From positions 1,984,001-2,048,000 of the forward strand of contig OZ219747.1 of NCBI GenBank assembly GCA_964291265.2: a stretch of 64,000 bases of DNA. Direction: 5' to 3'. This stretch comes from Alphaproteobacteria bacterium (GTDB lineage: Bacteria > Pseudomonadota > Alphaproteobacteria > SP197). Shown in pieces: positions 20,648 to 30,779 of this stretch. Every line of letters begins with the position of its first letter. Position 1 is the stretch's first letter. Made by a program: the position numbers and the translations under genes. The notes under the pieces are model-generated. The model had not been told where the DNA came from. It saw nothing but the letters and a program-made list of their open reading frames with translations, and ran no database searches.

Positions 20648-21652
20648 CTACTTCCAGACGGTTTCGGCGACCCGCATGAAGTTGCCGCCCATGATGGCGC
20701 GGACATCCCGCTCGCAGTACCGGCGCCGGAACAGCTCCTCGGCGAGTTCGAGGACCTGGCCCGGTGCAGCACAGGTGATGTCGGGGCAGTCGTACTGGGC
20801 CTTCGGCCAGTAGTCCGTGTTGCGCTCGAGGACGCTTCCGAGACCCTCACCCCCGTCAGCGTCGCTTTCGAAGGCATAGTCGAGGCCGATGCCGACATGC
20901 TCGGGCCCGAGTAGAGTGACGTAGTGGTCGACATGATCCGCCATGGTCGTCGTGCGGATGTCGTTGTCGCCAAGAAAGATGCCGATTCCGACGATGCCCA
21001 CGACACCGCCTGTTGCCGCGCAGGCCTTCGCCTGGTCATCGCGGATGTTGCGCTCGTGATCGCGCAGCGCCCGGGCATTGGAATGCGAGAAGATGCATGG
21101 CGCCATGGAGATTTCCATCGCCTCCATGGAGGACGAGTAGCTGGTGTGTGAACAGTCGACGATCATGCCGAGTCTGTTCATCTCGCCGATCACGGCTCTG
21201 CCGAACTCAGTCAGGCCGATGTCCTCGTCGTGGCAGCCGCCGCCGGCAAGGTTGTTCCTGTTGTAGGCAACGAGCATCTGGCGGACACCGAGATGATGGT
21301 ACATCTCGACCATATCCAGCGAGCCATCGAGAGCATTCATCCCTTCGAGATCAAAACTCACCGCGAGTTTGCCGGCCTTCCTTGCCGCACGGACCCCGTC
21401 GACCGAGGAGACGAGTTCATAACCCTCGCTGGCAAGAATCCAGCGCCGGAAGGCTGCCAGCGACTTGATCGAATCACGCCAGTCCATGACATCGTAGCCG
21501 ACGTTGACGCTGAGATAGTGAACGCCAGCATCCTTCCAGATCCGCAGCTTGCCGAGTTCGACGCCGGGATCGGGGCCAAATCCTGCGTGATCGTCCCAGA
21601 TGATGGCATCGCGAAAGAGCCGCTCCGCCGCCTGTCTCGGTGTGTCGGGCAT
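20648..21652 (-). CDS. Membrane dipeptidase (peptidase M19) family protein
   Basis: WDDH, EG, YNRNN, MNRLGMIVDCSH, SHSN, RNI, HVGIGLDY, GGNF. Confidence 0.9.
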   Translation of the reverse strand: MPDTPRQAAERLFRDAIIWDDHAGFGPDPGVELGKLRIWKDAGVHYLSVNVGYDVMDWRDSIKSLAAFRRWILASEGYELVSSVDGVRAARKAGKLAVSFDLEGMNALDGSLDMVEMYHHLGVRQMLVAYNRNNLAGGGCHDEDIGLTEFGRAVIGEMNRLGMIVDCSHTSYSSSMEAMEISMAPCIFSHSNARALRDHERNIRDDQAKACAATGGVVGIVGIGIFLGDNDIRTTTMADHVDHYVTLLGPEHVGIGLDYAFESDADGGEGLGSVLERNTDYWPKAQYDCPDITCAAPGQVLELAEELFRRRYCERDVRAIMGGNFMRVAETVWK

Positions 21653-21785
21653 GGCGTTTTCCTCCTCGTTGGAGTCCTCGCTGTCATCATAGCACCGAGG
21701 CAGGGCCTGTCATCGGGATCTCGGTCTTGATTGTCGGGGTCGGGCGGTGTCCACTCGGGATCGTTTCCTCGTGAAGGAGGACGTT

Positions 21786-24080
21786 ATGTCCGGGCCGATT
21801 GCGTTGGAGCTGATGGGTGAGGTGTGGCCCACTGCCGAGCCGGGCGCCGGTCCCGGTGACCGGGGGACGGCGGCGCTGGAGTGCCGGGAGCCTGTGGAGA
21901 TCCGCTCCTTCCAGACCATCGTCCTCACCTACACGGTCGGGCGCTTCGGCCTCGATGACACGGGCGGCATCAAGGTCGTCCAGCGCTTTGCGAACGATGG
22001 AGGACGCTGGCAGACCGACGATCCGACAGCCATGAACTACTGCACCGCAAGGGCGAGCAACGGCTGTCATCTGATGATCAGGGTAGAGCCAGGCGGACAC
22101 CAGAGGCCATGGGACCGTTCGCTCAGGATCATCGTCACCCACGGATCCATGACCTGTGGCGACCGGATCGAGGTGGTCTTCGGCGATCGTTCGGGCGGGT
22201 CGCCCGGGTTGCGCATGCAGACCTTTGCCGAGAGTGCGCACGAATTCCGCGTGCTTGTCGATGCCTGTGCCACGGGACACTTCCTTCCCGTTCCCGATCG
22301 CCCTTTCGTCAGCGTGGTTCCCGGCGAGGTCGCTTCCTGGCATGTCGTTCTGCCGACACGGCGGCGCCCCGGCTCATCCTTCGCCCTGTCGATCCGGGCG
22401 GAGGATGCGTGGAGCAATCCCACCGGCAAGGCGCAGGGCCCGTTCCACCTTGCGGCAAGCGGCACGATCAACGGTCTGCCGTCTGTCATCGACTGGCGCC
22501 TTGGCGAGGAGTTCCTGCGTATCGGGGGCCTTTCCTGTCCGAACGAAGGCGATGTGGCCGTGAGGCTCCTCGCCGTGGACGGCCGGACACTCGCCACGTC
22601 GAACCCCCTCGTGGTGGAGGCGGGCGTTGCGGAGACATTCTGGGGGGACCTCCACGGGCAGAGCGGCGAGACCGTCGGCATCAACACGATCGAGGAGTAC
22701 TTCACGTTCGCCCGGGACCGCGCCTTTCTCGACGTCACGAGCCACCAGGCCAACGACTTCCAGATCAACGCCCCGTTCTGGCGCCGCATCAACGATGTTG
22801 CAGCCGCCTTCAACGAGGACGGGCGGTTCGTGACCTTCCCTGGTTACGAATGGTCCGGCAACACCTCCATGGGAGGGGACCACAATGTCTTCTTCAGGCA
22901 CGAGGGACGCGCCATTCGCCGCTCGTCCCATGCCCTGCTTCACGAACGAAGTGGACTCGCCGGCGATGTCAACACCTCGGGCGAACTCTTCGAAGCCCTT
23001 TCCGGCGAGGACTGCGTGGTCTTTGCCCATATCGGCGGACGCCCGGCCGACATCGCGGCGGCCGACGGCGGCGCACTCCGCACGGCGGTGGAGATCCACT
23101 CGAACTGGGGCACCTTCGAGTGGCTGATGGCCGAGAGTTTTGCTCTCGGATACCGTCACGGCCTCGTCTGCAACAGCGATGTGCACAAGGGTCGTCCGGG
23201 AGCGTCCCATCCAGGAGCCTCGGAGTTTGGCGCCTACGGCGGCCTGACCTGCTTTCTTGCCGATCACCTGACCCGGGACGGGATCTTCCGCTCCCTTCGC
23301 CGCAGGCATCACTACGGGACAACAGGGTGCCGTCTCCATATGGACGTGCGCGTGATGTTCGACGAACCGGCCACTCGCTTCGACGCCGATCCCCGCCTTG
23401 GCCCCGCGGACTCCTGTCCTGCCGCGACACTCCTCATGGGTGACATCGCCTCCACCGCCCTGAGGGCCACCCGCCTCCGGTTGGACGTGGTCGCGCACGC
23501 ACCGATCCTGCGCATCGACGTCCTCAATGGCGCCGGTGTGGTCGCATCCCTGCCTGGATACCGGTCTCGGTCCACCGATACGAGGTTGAGGGTTCTCTTT
23601 CACGGCGCCGAGTATCGCGGCCGCGGCCGGCAGACCCGGTGGCGGGGCAGGGCCAGGTTTGACGGAACCGGCATCCGGAACTTCTCCACCGTCTGCGCCT
23701 GGAACCACGAGCGCCCGCTCCATCGCCACGGTGAGAGAGAGGTGGTCTTCGACGTGCTCACCACCGGCAACTCTGTCGGGTTCGATGCGGGTCTCGAGAC
23801 CTGGTCGGGGCGCCTTGTACTCGGCGCCGGACATGTCGACATCACCGTGCCCTTGCAGGATATGGGCGAAGAACCTCTCGTCATCGATGCCGGTGGGCTG
23901 GAACGCCATGTGTCCCTGACGCGTCTGCCCGAAGAACTGACGATGATGCGGATGACCGAAACCCTTGACGTCGCCCTCCATGATCAGGGCGACAATCCGC
24001 TGTGGATCAGGGTCACCACAGAAGACGGTCACCGGGCCTGGTCGAGCCCGGTCTATGTCTTTCGTCAGGCCGGTTCATGA
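21786..24080 (+). CDS. DUF3604-like PHP-fold metal-dependent protein
   Basis: WGDLHGQSGET, HQANDFQI, GYEWSGN..GGDHNV, EIHSNWG, NSD.HKGRPG, YGTTG; AAGGAGG RBS. Confidence 0.8.
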   Translation: MSGPIALELMGEVWPTAEPGAGPGDRGTAALECREPVEIRSFQTIVLTYTVGRFGLDDTGGIKVVQRFANDGGRWQTDDPTAMNYCTARASNGCHLMIRVEPGGHQRPWDRSLRIIVTHGSMTCGDRIEVVFGDRSGGSPGLRMQTFAESAHEFRVLVDACATGHFLPVPDRPFVSVVPGEVASWHVVLPTRRRPGSSFALSIRAEDAWSNPTGKAQGPFHLAASGTINGLPSVIDWRLGEEFLRIGGLSCPNEGDVAVRLLAVDGRTLATSNPLVVEAGVAETFWGDLHGQSGETVGINTIEEYFTFARDRAFLDVTSHQANDFQINAPFWRRINDVAAAFNEDGRFVTFPGYEWSGNTSMGGDHNVFFRHEGRAIRRSSHALLHERSGLAGDVNTSGELFEALSGEDCVVFAHIGGRPADIAAADGGALRTAVEIHSNWGTFEWLMAESFALGYRHGLVCNSDVHKGRPGASHPGASEFGAYGGLTCFLADHLTRDGIFRSLRRRHHYGTTGCRLHMDVRVMFDEPATRFDADPRLGPADSCPAATLLMGDIASTALRATRLRLDVVAHAPILRIDVLNGAGVVASLPGYRSRSTDTRLRVLFHGAEYRGRGRQTRWRGRARFDGTGIRNFSTVCAWNHERPLHRHGEREVVFDVLTTGNSVGFDAGLETWSGRLVLGAGHVDITVPLQDMGEEPLVIDAGGLERHVSLTRLPEELTMMRMTETLDVALHDQGDNPLWIRVTTEDGHRAWSSPVYVFRQAGS

Positions 24081-24718
24081 AGTTCATCGCTGCTCTTGCC
24101 TTCCTGCTCCTGACACCGGAGTGGGCTTCGGCCCGCACCGTCATGTTCGACGGGAGCTGGCAGGACGAGTCCTTTGTGTTTCAGTCCGCCAACGACTACA
24201 TCCAGGAAGGCGCCCGGTTGAGGATTCTGTCCGATGACAGCGTGTCCATTCTCTGGCGCCCCGCTCCGCACGATGTCCGCCACGCCCGCCGGGCGAGCTG
24301 GTACTGGGTGGTGCAGCGGGGCGTGGCGCCCACGGATCTCTCGCTCAAGGGTGGTGACGACCGCAACATCGCTCTCTACTTCCTGTTCGCGCCCAGGGAA
24401 CTCGCGGACGACCTGGAGGACGCGTCCCCCGATCGCGTCTTCCAGCACGAGGCGGTGCGCATGCTCGTCTACGTCAGGGGCGGACACCACGAACCCGGCA
24501 CGATCGTCAGCAGCCCCTACCTGGAGCCGCGCGGTGTTCTGGTTCCTCTCAGGGGAGCCGGGAACGGCACATTCGCCGAGTCGGTCGATCTCGACGCCGA
24601 TTTTCGCCGGGCCTTCGGCTCGCCGCCCGGCGTCCTCCTTGGTCTCGGCATCTCGGCGGACAGCGATGACACCGACGGCATCATCGAGGCGGAGCTTGGC
24701 AACCTCGTCATCGAATGA
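24077..24718 (+). CDS. DUF3047 family exported protein
   Basis: Signal peptide, KGGDDRN, SADSDDT; ATGA overlap with upstream gene. Confidence 0.8.
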   Translation: MKFIAALAFLLLTPEWASARTVMFDGSWQDESFVFQSANDYIQEGARLRILSDDSVSILWRPAPHDVRHARRASWYWVVQRGVAPTDLSLKGGDDRNIALYFLFAPRELADDLEDASPDRVFQHEAVRMLVYVRGGHHEPGTIVSSPYLEPRGVLVPLRGAGNGTFAESVDLDADFRRAFGSPPGVLLGLGISADSDDTDGIIEAELGNLVIE

Positions 24719-24887
24719 CGTCGCACCGGCTTGCAGCGCTGAGTGGAACCAGCCCCCGGGAAACGGCCTCGATACGATAGCGGCACTCCGCTTGGTTGGC
24801 AGACTCTCTGCAAGGCACATGCTGCGGCGATCTCCCATGGTGCGTTTTCGGCATCATGTTATCATCGATCCGTGACCGAATGACGAG

Positions 24888-26255
24888 ATGCCCATGGAGT
24901 CGGTAAGCCTCAGGAACTACCGCTGTTTCCGCGACGACCAGAGGGCGCGTCTTGCGCCGCTCACCTTGCTGGTCGGTGACAACAGCACAGGCAAGACCTC
25001 CTTCATGGCCATGATCCGGGTGTTGTCGGACATGGCCTGGCAGTTCAAGGTTCCCGATTTCAAGGAAGAACCCTATGACCTGGGACGTTTCGACGAGATT
25101 GCCCACCACCGGGGCAGGCGAGGTGGACGGGCCGACATGTTCGAAGCCGCATTCGAGACCACCTCGAAAGTCGCCGGGAAGTCCGATCGCCCGCACAAAT
25201 CGAAGGTGTTGGCGTTCGCGTTCGCCTTCGAGAAGAACGGGACAGTGCCAGTCCCGGCTCGCCGCCGCCTGACGCGTGGCGAAGTCTGGATCGAGGAACA
25301 CCTCAGGAAGGGCGTGTCTCAGGAGCTGCGCATGGGCACTTCAAGGGGCTCGTGGAAGATCAAACTTGATCCTGGACTGACATTGGCGAATCCGTTCCGG
25401 GAAACGATGTTGCCCCTGCATATGCCCCTGACGTTCTGGTTGTCCGGCAGGCGCGGGGATGAGAAACAGGAGTTCGAGCCCCTGGGCAATTCGCCGGGAG
25501 TGACCGATCAAGACCTCGGAGATGTCCAACGCGTTCAACGTGACGCCCATTTGACCCGCAACAGGCGGACCCTTTATGCGAGCGCTCCGGTTCGAGCCAG
25601 GCCGCGCCGGACGTATGACCCGGCGCGGGCGTTGTCGGACCCTGAAGGCGACCATGTGCCCATGTACCTCGCGAACCTGTTCTTCCAGGACAGGAGGAGG
25701 TGGACAGCTCTCAAGCAGGCGCTGGAGGACTTCGGACGAGCGTCCGGCCTCTTCGATGAAATCGGCATCAGGCAGTTGGGAAAGCGCGAGAGTGAACCGT
25801 TCCAGATTCAGGTCAGGAAGTACGGCAACAGACTGAAGGGGCCATCACGCAACCTGATCGATGTCGGGTATGGAGTGAGCCAGGTGTTGCCGGTCATCAC
25901 GGAGCTGCTCCGCCGCGATGCTCCGTCGATGTTTCTGCTGCAACAGCCGGAAGTTCATCTTCACCCCAGTGCACAGGCCGCTCTCGGGAGTCTGTTCTGC
26001 ACGGTTGCCGGCCCCGGGAGGCAACTCATCGTGGAGACGCACAGCGATCACATGCTTGATTGCATTCGCATGGACATACGAGATGGCCAGGGGAATCTCG
26101 GACCTGACGATGTGTCGATTCTCTTCTTTGAGCGGAGCGAACTGGACGTTCACATCCATTCTCTCGGCCTCGACAAGGCAGGCAATGTTCTGGGTGCTCC
26201 CGAGGGATATCGCCGGTTCTTCATGGAAGAGGTTGAACGGTCTCTGGGATCGTAG
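24888..26255 (+). CDS. ABC/AAA_21-type ATPase with DUF3696-like C-terminus
   Basis: LRNYRCF, Walker A GDNSTGKT, VGYGVSQVLP, Walker B-like FLLQQPEVHLHP, VETHSDH. Confidence 0.85.
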   Translation: MPMESVSLRNYRCFRDDQRARLAPLTLLVGDNSTGKTSFMAMIRVLSDMAWQFKVPDFKEEPYDLGRFDEIAHHRGRRGGRADMFEAAFETTSKVAGKSDRPHKSKVLAFAFAFEKNGTVPVPARRRLTRGEVWIEEHLRKGVSQELRMGTSRGSWKIKLDPGLTLANPFRETMLPLHMPLTFWLSGRRGDEKQEFEPLGNSPGVTDQDLGDVQRVQRDAHLTRNRRTLYASAPVRARPRRTYDPARALSDPEGDHVPMYLANLFFQDRRRWTALKQALEDFGRASGLFDEIGIRQLGKRESEPFQIQVRKYGNRLKGPSRNLIDVGYGVSQVLPVITELLRRDAPSMFLLQQPEVHLHPSAQAALGSLFCTVAGPGRQLIVETHSDHMLDCIRMDIRDGQGNLGPDDVSILFFERSELDVHIHSLGLDKAGNVLGAPEGYRRFFMEEVERSLGS

Positions 26256-26257
26256 TC

Positions 26258-26725
26258 GTGTGCGCCATCGTGGATGCGAATGTTGTCGGCGAGGTGTTCG
26301 GCCGGGACAGGCCCGAGGCCGGAGAGAGGTTCTTCAGATGGCTGAACGACGGCAAGGGGCGTCTCGTCACAGGTGGGAGACTGTCCCGGGAACTCGGTCA
26401 ATCGCGACAGTACCTGGAGTGGTCCGTGCAGGCGCGCCTCGCTGGAGTGTTGTACGCCGAAGACGAGGATTCCGTCCGTGGCCGTGAGAATGCGATCCGC
26501 AATGGAGGGTTGTGCGAGTCCGACGATCCGCACATCATTGCTCTGGCGCAGATCAGTGGTGCTCGCCTGCTCTATACGAATGACCAGGCGTTGCAGAGAG
26601 ACTTTGGCAAGCGCGACCTGATTGCCGGTCCACGTGGCAAGGTTTGTTCGACGCTTCGACACAAGGATTACTCGGAAACCCACAGGAAACTGCTCTCGGA
26701 CAGGACCCTGTGTCGTTCCCGGTGA
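26258..26725 (+). CDS. PIN domain protein
   Basis: IVDANV, SDDPHIIALA, LYTND acidic PIN motifs; begins 2 bp after the ATPase stop. Confidence 0.8.
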   Translation: MCAIVDANVVGEVFGRDRPEAGERFFRWLNDGKGRLVTGGRLSRELGQSRQYLEWSVQARLAGVLYAEDEDSVRGRENAIRNGGLCESDDPHIIALAQISGARLLYTNDQALQRDFGKRDLIAGPRGKVCSTLRHKDYSETHRKLLSDRTLCRSR

Positions 26726-26774
26726 CAACGGGTTCTGCGATGTGTCGGTCGCTTTCCGTGACGCCGCTCTTCTG

Positions 26775-26826
26775 CTTTCGCCGGCAGATGAAGGAGGTCA
26801 GCTCCTCGGCGATGTCGGGGTCCATG
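26775..26826 (-). repeat. Diverged copy of the 3' end of the mttB-family gene (direct repeat of 32875-32926)
   Basis: 49/52 identity, 6100 bp apart; encodes MDPDIAEELTSFICRRK vs MDPGIAEELTSFIRRRK. Confidence 0.9.
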
Positions 26827-27259
26827 CCCTCATCCGGGAGGCATGGTTGATGAATGCCGGTCTGCCGTGAGGTTGAGCGGTATGCGAGTCGGGCTTCGAC
26901 ACCTCGGCCCCGACGTGGTGGAGTGGCTGAAGACCCCTGCCGCCGCGGACAGCCGGACCCGCCATGCTGCCATGGATCACCCTGCCGAGTCCTGAAACAC
27001 ACATCTTCGCCATCCCGCCGGTTCTCATTGAAACCTTCGTCCATACACCGTGCTGCACCGGGACTGTCTGCAAGGATGGAACCGTGTCGGCGCCACGAAA
27101 GGGCGCTGTCGCCACGACAAACCAAGGACACACCTGGCGGAGACCACTGCAAGCGAACTGGAGACGCATCGGCAATCGGCGACAATCACCGGCGATTGCC
27201 TCGTGACCGAACGCCTGCCTGGAATGAACCGACGACATGAGTATCAAGGGAAGCGCACA

Positions 27260-28012
27260 ATGCAGAACAAATATGTGGGGGACATCGGTGACTATGCCAA
27301 ATACAGCCTGTTGCGCGCGCTCTCCTGCAACATGAAGCTCGGTGTCGCCTGGTACCTTTTTCCTGATGAGGAGGGAAAGAAGGACGGAAAGCACATAGAT
27401 TATCTATGCAATGGAAAGAAGTGGCGGGATTTCGACAAGGACACATTCGACACGCTTCAAGTGATCGTGGAGTCCGGTGATCGCAACGTCCAGGCGGTCG
27501 AACGTTCCGGTCTTCTGCCGAACGCGGTGTTCTCGGGCAGGAAACTGGATTTTCGTGGATGCAGGCGGCTCGAACAGAGCGCCTGGAGAAAAGAGTGGTT
27601 CCGAGAAACCAGAAGCGACTTGCAGGATTGCGAGTTGATCTTTGCCGACCCTGACAACGGCCTCATCAAGCAGGAGTCGTTTCGACCCGGTTGCAGAAAG
27701 CACGGGAAGCGCATTCCCGAATGCGAAATAGCGGCGTTGTTGGAAGGAGGAAGGCCGGCAGTACTCTACCATCACAACAGCCGGCGCAAGGGAGGCAATG
27801 CCAAGGAGGTGTGCTACTGGCAACGAAGGCTCGGGGAAGGGTTGGGTCGCAGAATCTGTGCAGTTCGTTGGCGGTACATATCGCCTCGAACATTCTTCAT
27901 AGTAAACGGCGATGACGAGTTGCAGCGACGTGCAAGACAGTGGTGCAGCCGGTGGAAGGATATGGACAGGGTGGTTTTTGTTGGGTCCCCGGACTCGCCA
28001 GAGCATCCGTAG
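27260..28012 (+). CDS. Conserved hypothetical protein, possibly methyltransferase-like
   Basis: MQNKYVGDIGDYAKYSLLRAL N-terminus and IFADPDNGL motif; lower GC than flanks. Confidence 0.7.
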   Translation: MQNKYVGDIGDYAKYSLLRALSCNMKLGVAWYLFPDEEGKKDGKHIDYLCNGKKWRDFDKDTFDTLQVIVESGDRNVQAVERSGLLPNAVFSGRKLDFRGCRRLEQSAWRKEWFRETRSDLQDCELIFADPDNGLIKQESFRPGCRKHGKRIPECEIAALLEGGRPAVLYHHNSRRKGGNAKEVCYWQRRLGEGLGRRICAVRWRYISPRTFFIVNGDDELQRRARQWCSRWKDMDRVVFVGSPDSPEHP

Positions 28013-28029
28013 GACAAAAGCAGAAGCCG

Positions 28030-28140
28030 ATGGCGATTTGTCACGGCACGCCTTTCAAGCCGGATGGGGTTTCGCCGTCCAGAGATGCGATCATCGACCT
28101 GCTGGAAGAACCGGGTTGAACACGGCAGGAGTTCAGCGTG
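28030..28140 (+). pseudogene. HigA/XRE-type antitoxin N-terminal relic
   Basis: FKPDGVSPSRDAIIDLLEEPG*TRQEF resembles F.PDWVSPPGDTI.DLLEERGWTQ.EF; TGA at 28117 in the Trp position. Confidence 0.55.
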
Positions 28141-28428
28141 CCTGCCCTGCTGCAGCGTGGAGCGAACCGACCGTCTCATGTGTGGACACACGGCCATCAA
28201 CAGCCGAACTCCAGCATGGCGTTTTGGCTCCGACGGCGGGAGCACTGTCGCAGGAACCTCCGGGGGATGACAGTGACAACCACGCAAGGCCCCGGGACTC
28301 GCCTGCATTCGCACAGTGCTGTCATCGCCCCGATCACCGCGTGATCGAACGCTTACCGGCACCGATACCTTCGGGCAGATTCTCGAGGTGGGATGCCGGA
28401 CAGGCCGGCTTGCGGTGATCGCCGGGCC

Positions 28429-29115
28429 TCAGGCGCAGTCTGGCGAGCCGGTCTCCCAGAACCCCGCCTCGAGGCGGGTCGCCATTGCGAAGACGTGACA
28501 GAGTTCCTGCCAGCGCGGGGTCTCGGCATGGTGGGGACCCAGGCGGCTCTCGAGCGCCTCGTCGATCAGTGCGCCGGACTCGCGGCATGCGTCCTGGTAG
28601 GCCTCGTTCCCGTAGGTGTCGATCCACTCCCGGTAGACGGACGAGGTGGCCTCCGTCGCAAGGCGCCGGCCGATCTCGCCGTAGCCCATGCCGCAGGGCG
28701 CCAGGGCCGCCATGAGGTCGAGATAGTCGCCGGAATACCCCTTCTCGAGGACGAACCTCGTGTAGGCCAGGTTCTGCGGAGCCTCGCGCAGGGCGAGAAG
28801 GTCGTCCTCCGAAATGCCCTCCGCGGCGCACGTCTCGACATGGAGCGCCATCTCGCGGTTCACCAACCCGTCCACGGTTGCTGCGGCCGCTCTCATTTCA
28901 CGCATGTCCCGTGACTTCACCACCGCAAGCGCCCAGGCTCGGGCGAAGTTCACCAGGAAGAGGTAGTCCTGCTTGAGATAGTTGAGGAACGCATGGCGGG
29001 GCAGGGAGCCGTCTGCCAGGCTCTCGACGAAGGGATGGCGGACATAGGCGGACCAGGCGTCCCCTGCGCGGGCCCGCCACAGACCGAAGGTCCTGCCATA
29101 CTCCGGGGCGGTCAT
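28429..29115 (-). CDS. tenA: Thiaminase II / aminopyrimidine aminohydrolase
   Basis: HPFV, YLKQDYLFL, LAPCGMGY, YREWIDTY, LEAGFW. Confidence 0.92.
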   Translation of the reverse strand: MTAPEYGRTFGLWRARAGDAWSAYVRHPFVESLADGSLPRHAFLNYLKQDYLFLVNFARAWALAVVKSRDMREMRAAAATVDGLVNREMALHVETCAAEGISEDDLLALREAPQNLAYTRFVLEKGYSGDYLDLMAALAPCGMGYGEIGRRLATEATSSVYREWIDTYGNEAYQDACRESGALIDEALESRLGPHHAETPRWQELCHVFAMATRLEAGFWETGSPDCA

Positions 29116-29194
29116 GGCGCGTTCCCCTCGGCAGCGTGTCGTGTCGTGTCGCGGGGACACGGTATCGTGCGGAAGAGCGGCGTCGGAACTGTCG

Positions 29195-29812
29195 TCATGA
29201 TGTCGTCCTTTCGTTGCAGCGGGTTGCGTCCAGCCATGCCGTCACCCGGGATTCGGGGTCCGCATGGAGAGTGATGTCGGTCACCGCCGAGATGATGTCG
29301 GCGCCGGCCGCGAAGACGCCGCCCGCGCGTTCCACGGTCATGCCGCCGATGGCCACGAGCGGACAGGCGCCGATCAGCCGCTTCCACTCCGTCACCCTCT
29401 CGAGCCCCTGTTCCTGCCATTTCATGGCCTTGAGGATCGTCGGATACACCGGGCCCAGCGCCACGTAATCGGGATCGAGCGCCAGGCCGCGCTCGAGTTC
29501 GGCGTGGTCATGGGTGCTGACGCCGAGCCTGAGTCCCGCCTTGCGGATGGCCGTGATGTCGGCGGTATCGAGGTCCTCCTGCCCGAGATGGACGAAGTCG
29601 CAGCCTTCATCGATGGCGACCTGCCAGTAATCGTTGACGACGAGAACCGCGCCGTGCCGGGCGCAGAATCCCTTCGACCGGACGATCTGCCGGCGGATTT
29701 CGTCGGCGGGTCTTTCCTTGATTCTCAACTGGACCAGCTTCACGCCGAGCGGCAGCGTGCGCCCGAGCCAGTTCGCATCGTCGAAGATCGGGTAGAACCT
29801 GTCCAGAGTCAT
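29195..29812 (-). CDS. thiE: Thiamine-phosphate synthase
   Basis: [38 protein letters not shown]. Confidence 0.95.
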   Translation of the reverse strand: MTLDRFYPIFDDANWLGRTLPLGVKLVQLRIKERPADEIRRQIVRSKGFCARHGAVLVVNDYWQVAIDEGCDFVHLGQEDLDTADITAIRKAGLRLGVSTHDHAELERGLALDPDYVALGPVYPTILKAMKWQEQGLERVTEWKRLIGACPLVAIGGMTVERAGGVFAAGADIISAVTDITLHADPESRVTAWLDATRCNERTTS

Positions 29813-30585
29813 GCCAGGAACGCCTTTCCGATGACCGGCGTCGACGGTGCGGCCATGTCCCGCGCGTTCATGGGGTCGGCCGCCGCCGCGGCCGCCCCGG
29901 CCGCGACCGACTTCGCAAAGGCGCCCGCCATCGCCACCGGGTCCCCTGCCCGGGCTACCGCGGAATTGATGAGAACGGCGTCATACCCCATCTCCATCAC
30001 CCTGGCGGCGTGTGACGGCAGCCCCAGACCTGCGTCCACGACGAGGGTCGTGTCGGGAAAGTGGGCGCGCAGGCTGCGAAGGCCGTACTCGTTGATGGGC
30101 CCCAGACCGGAACCGATGGGCGCCGCCCAGGGCATCAGGACCCTGCAGCCCGCTTCCACGAGTCGCTCGGCCGTCACGAGGTCTTCGGTCGTGTAGGGAA
30201 AAACCTCGAATTCGTCCTCGGCGAGGATTCCTGCCGCCTCGACCAGGGCAAAGATGTCCGGCTGCAGCGTATCGGCGTGTCCGACGACCTCGAGCTTGAT
30301 CCAGGGCGTCGCGAAGACCTCCCGGGCCATGTGCGCCGTCGTCACCGCCTCCTTCACCGTGTGGCAGCCCGCGGTGTTGGGAAGCACGTGGACGCCGAGG
30401 CTGCGGATGAGGTCCCAGAAGGCCCCGCCCGCTCCGGCGCCGCCTTCGCGGCGCAGGGATACCGTGGCGACAGGTGCGCCCGATTCGCGAAACGCGCCTG
30501 CCAGCACTGCGGGAGAGGGATACTGCGCCGTCCCCAGCATGAGAGGCGTGGCGAGTTCTGTGCCGTAGAAATCCCTCCTCATCAT
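29809..30585 (-). CDS. thiG: Thiazole synthase
   Basis: [32 protein letters not shown]. Confidence 0.96.
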   Translation of the reverse strand: MMRRDFYGTELATPLMLGTAQYPSPAVLAGAFRESGAPVATVSLRREGGAGAGGAFWDLIRSLGVHVLPNTAGCHTVKEAVTTAHMAREVFATPWIKLEVVGHADTLQPDIFALVEAAGILAEDEFEVFPYTTEDLVTAERLVEAGCRVLMPWAAPIGSGLGPINEYGLRSLRAHFPDTTLVVDAGLGLPSHAARVMEMGYDAVLINSAVARAGDPVAMAGAFAKSVAAGAAAAAADPMNARDMAAPSTPVIGKAFLA

Positions 30586-30779
30586 CCCCCCTGCATCGGC
30601 GCGACCACCTCGACCCGGTCGCCGTCCCTGAGTTGCCTCGTCTCCCGGTTCGCCGCCGCCACGAAGACCTCGTTGACAGCGGTACCGACCACGCGCCCGC
30701 CGAGACCGCGCTCCTCGAGGAGGGCGGCAAGGGTGCCGGCCCTGACCTCCACGGCCTCACCGTTGAGATACAGTTGCAT
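30582..30779 (-). CDS. thiS: Sulfur carrier protein
   Basis: 65 aa, LNGE, AVN, C-terminal QGG. Confidence 0.95.
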   Translation of the reverse strand: MQLYLNGEAVEVRAGTLAALLEERGLGGRVVGTAVNEVFVAAANRETRQLRDGDRVEVVAPMQGG

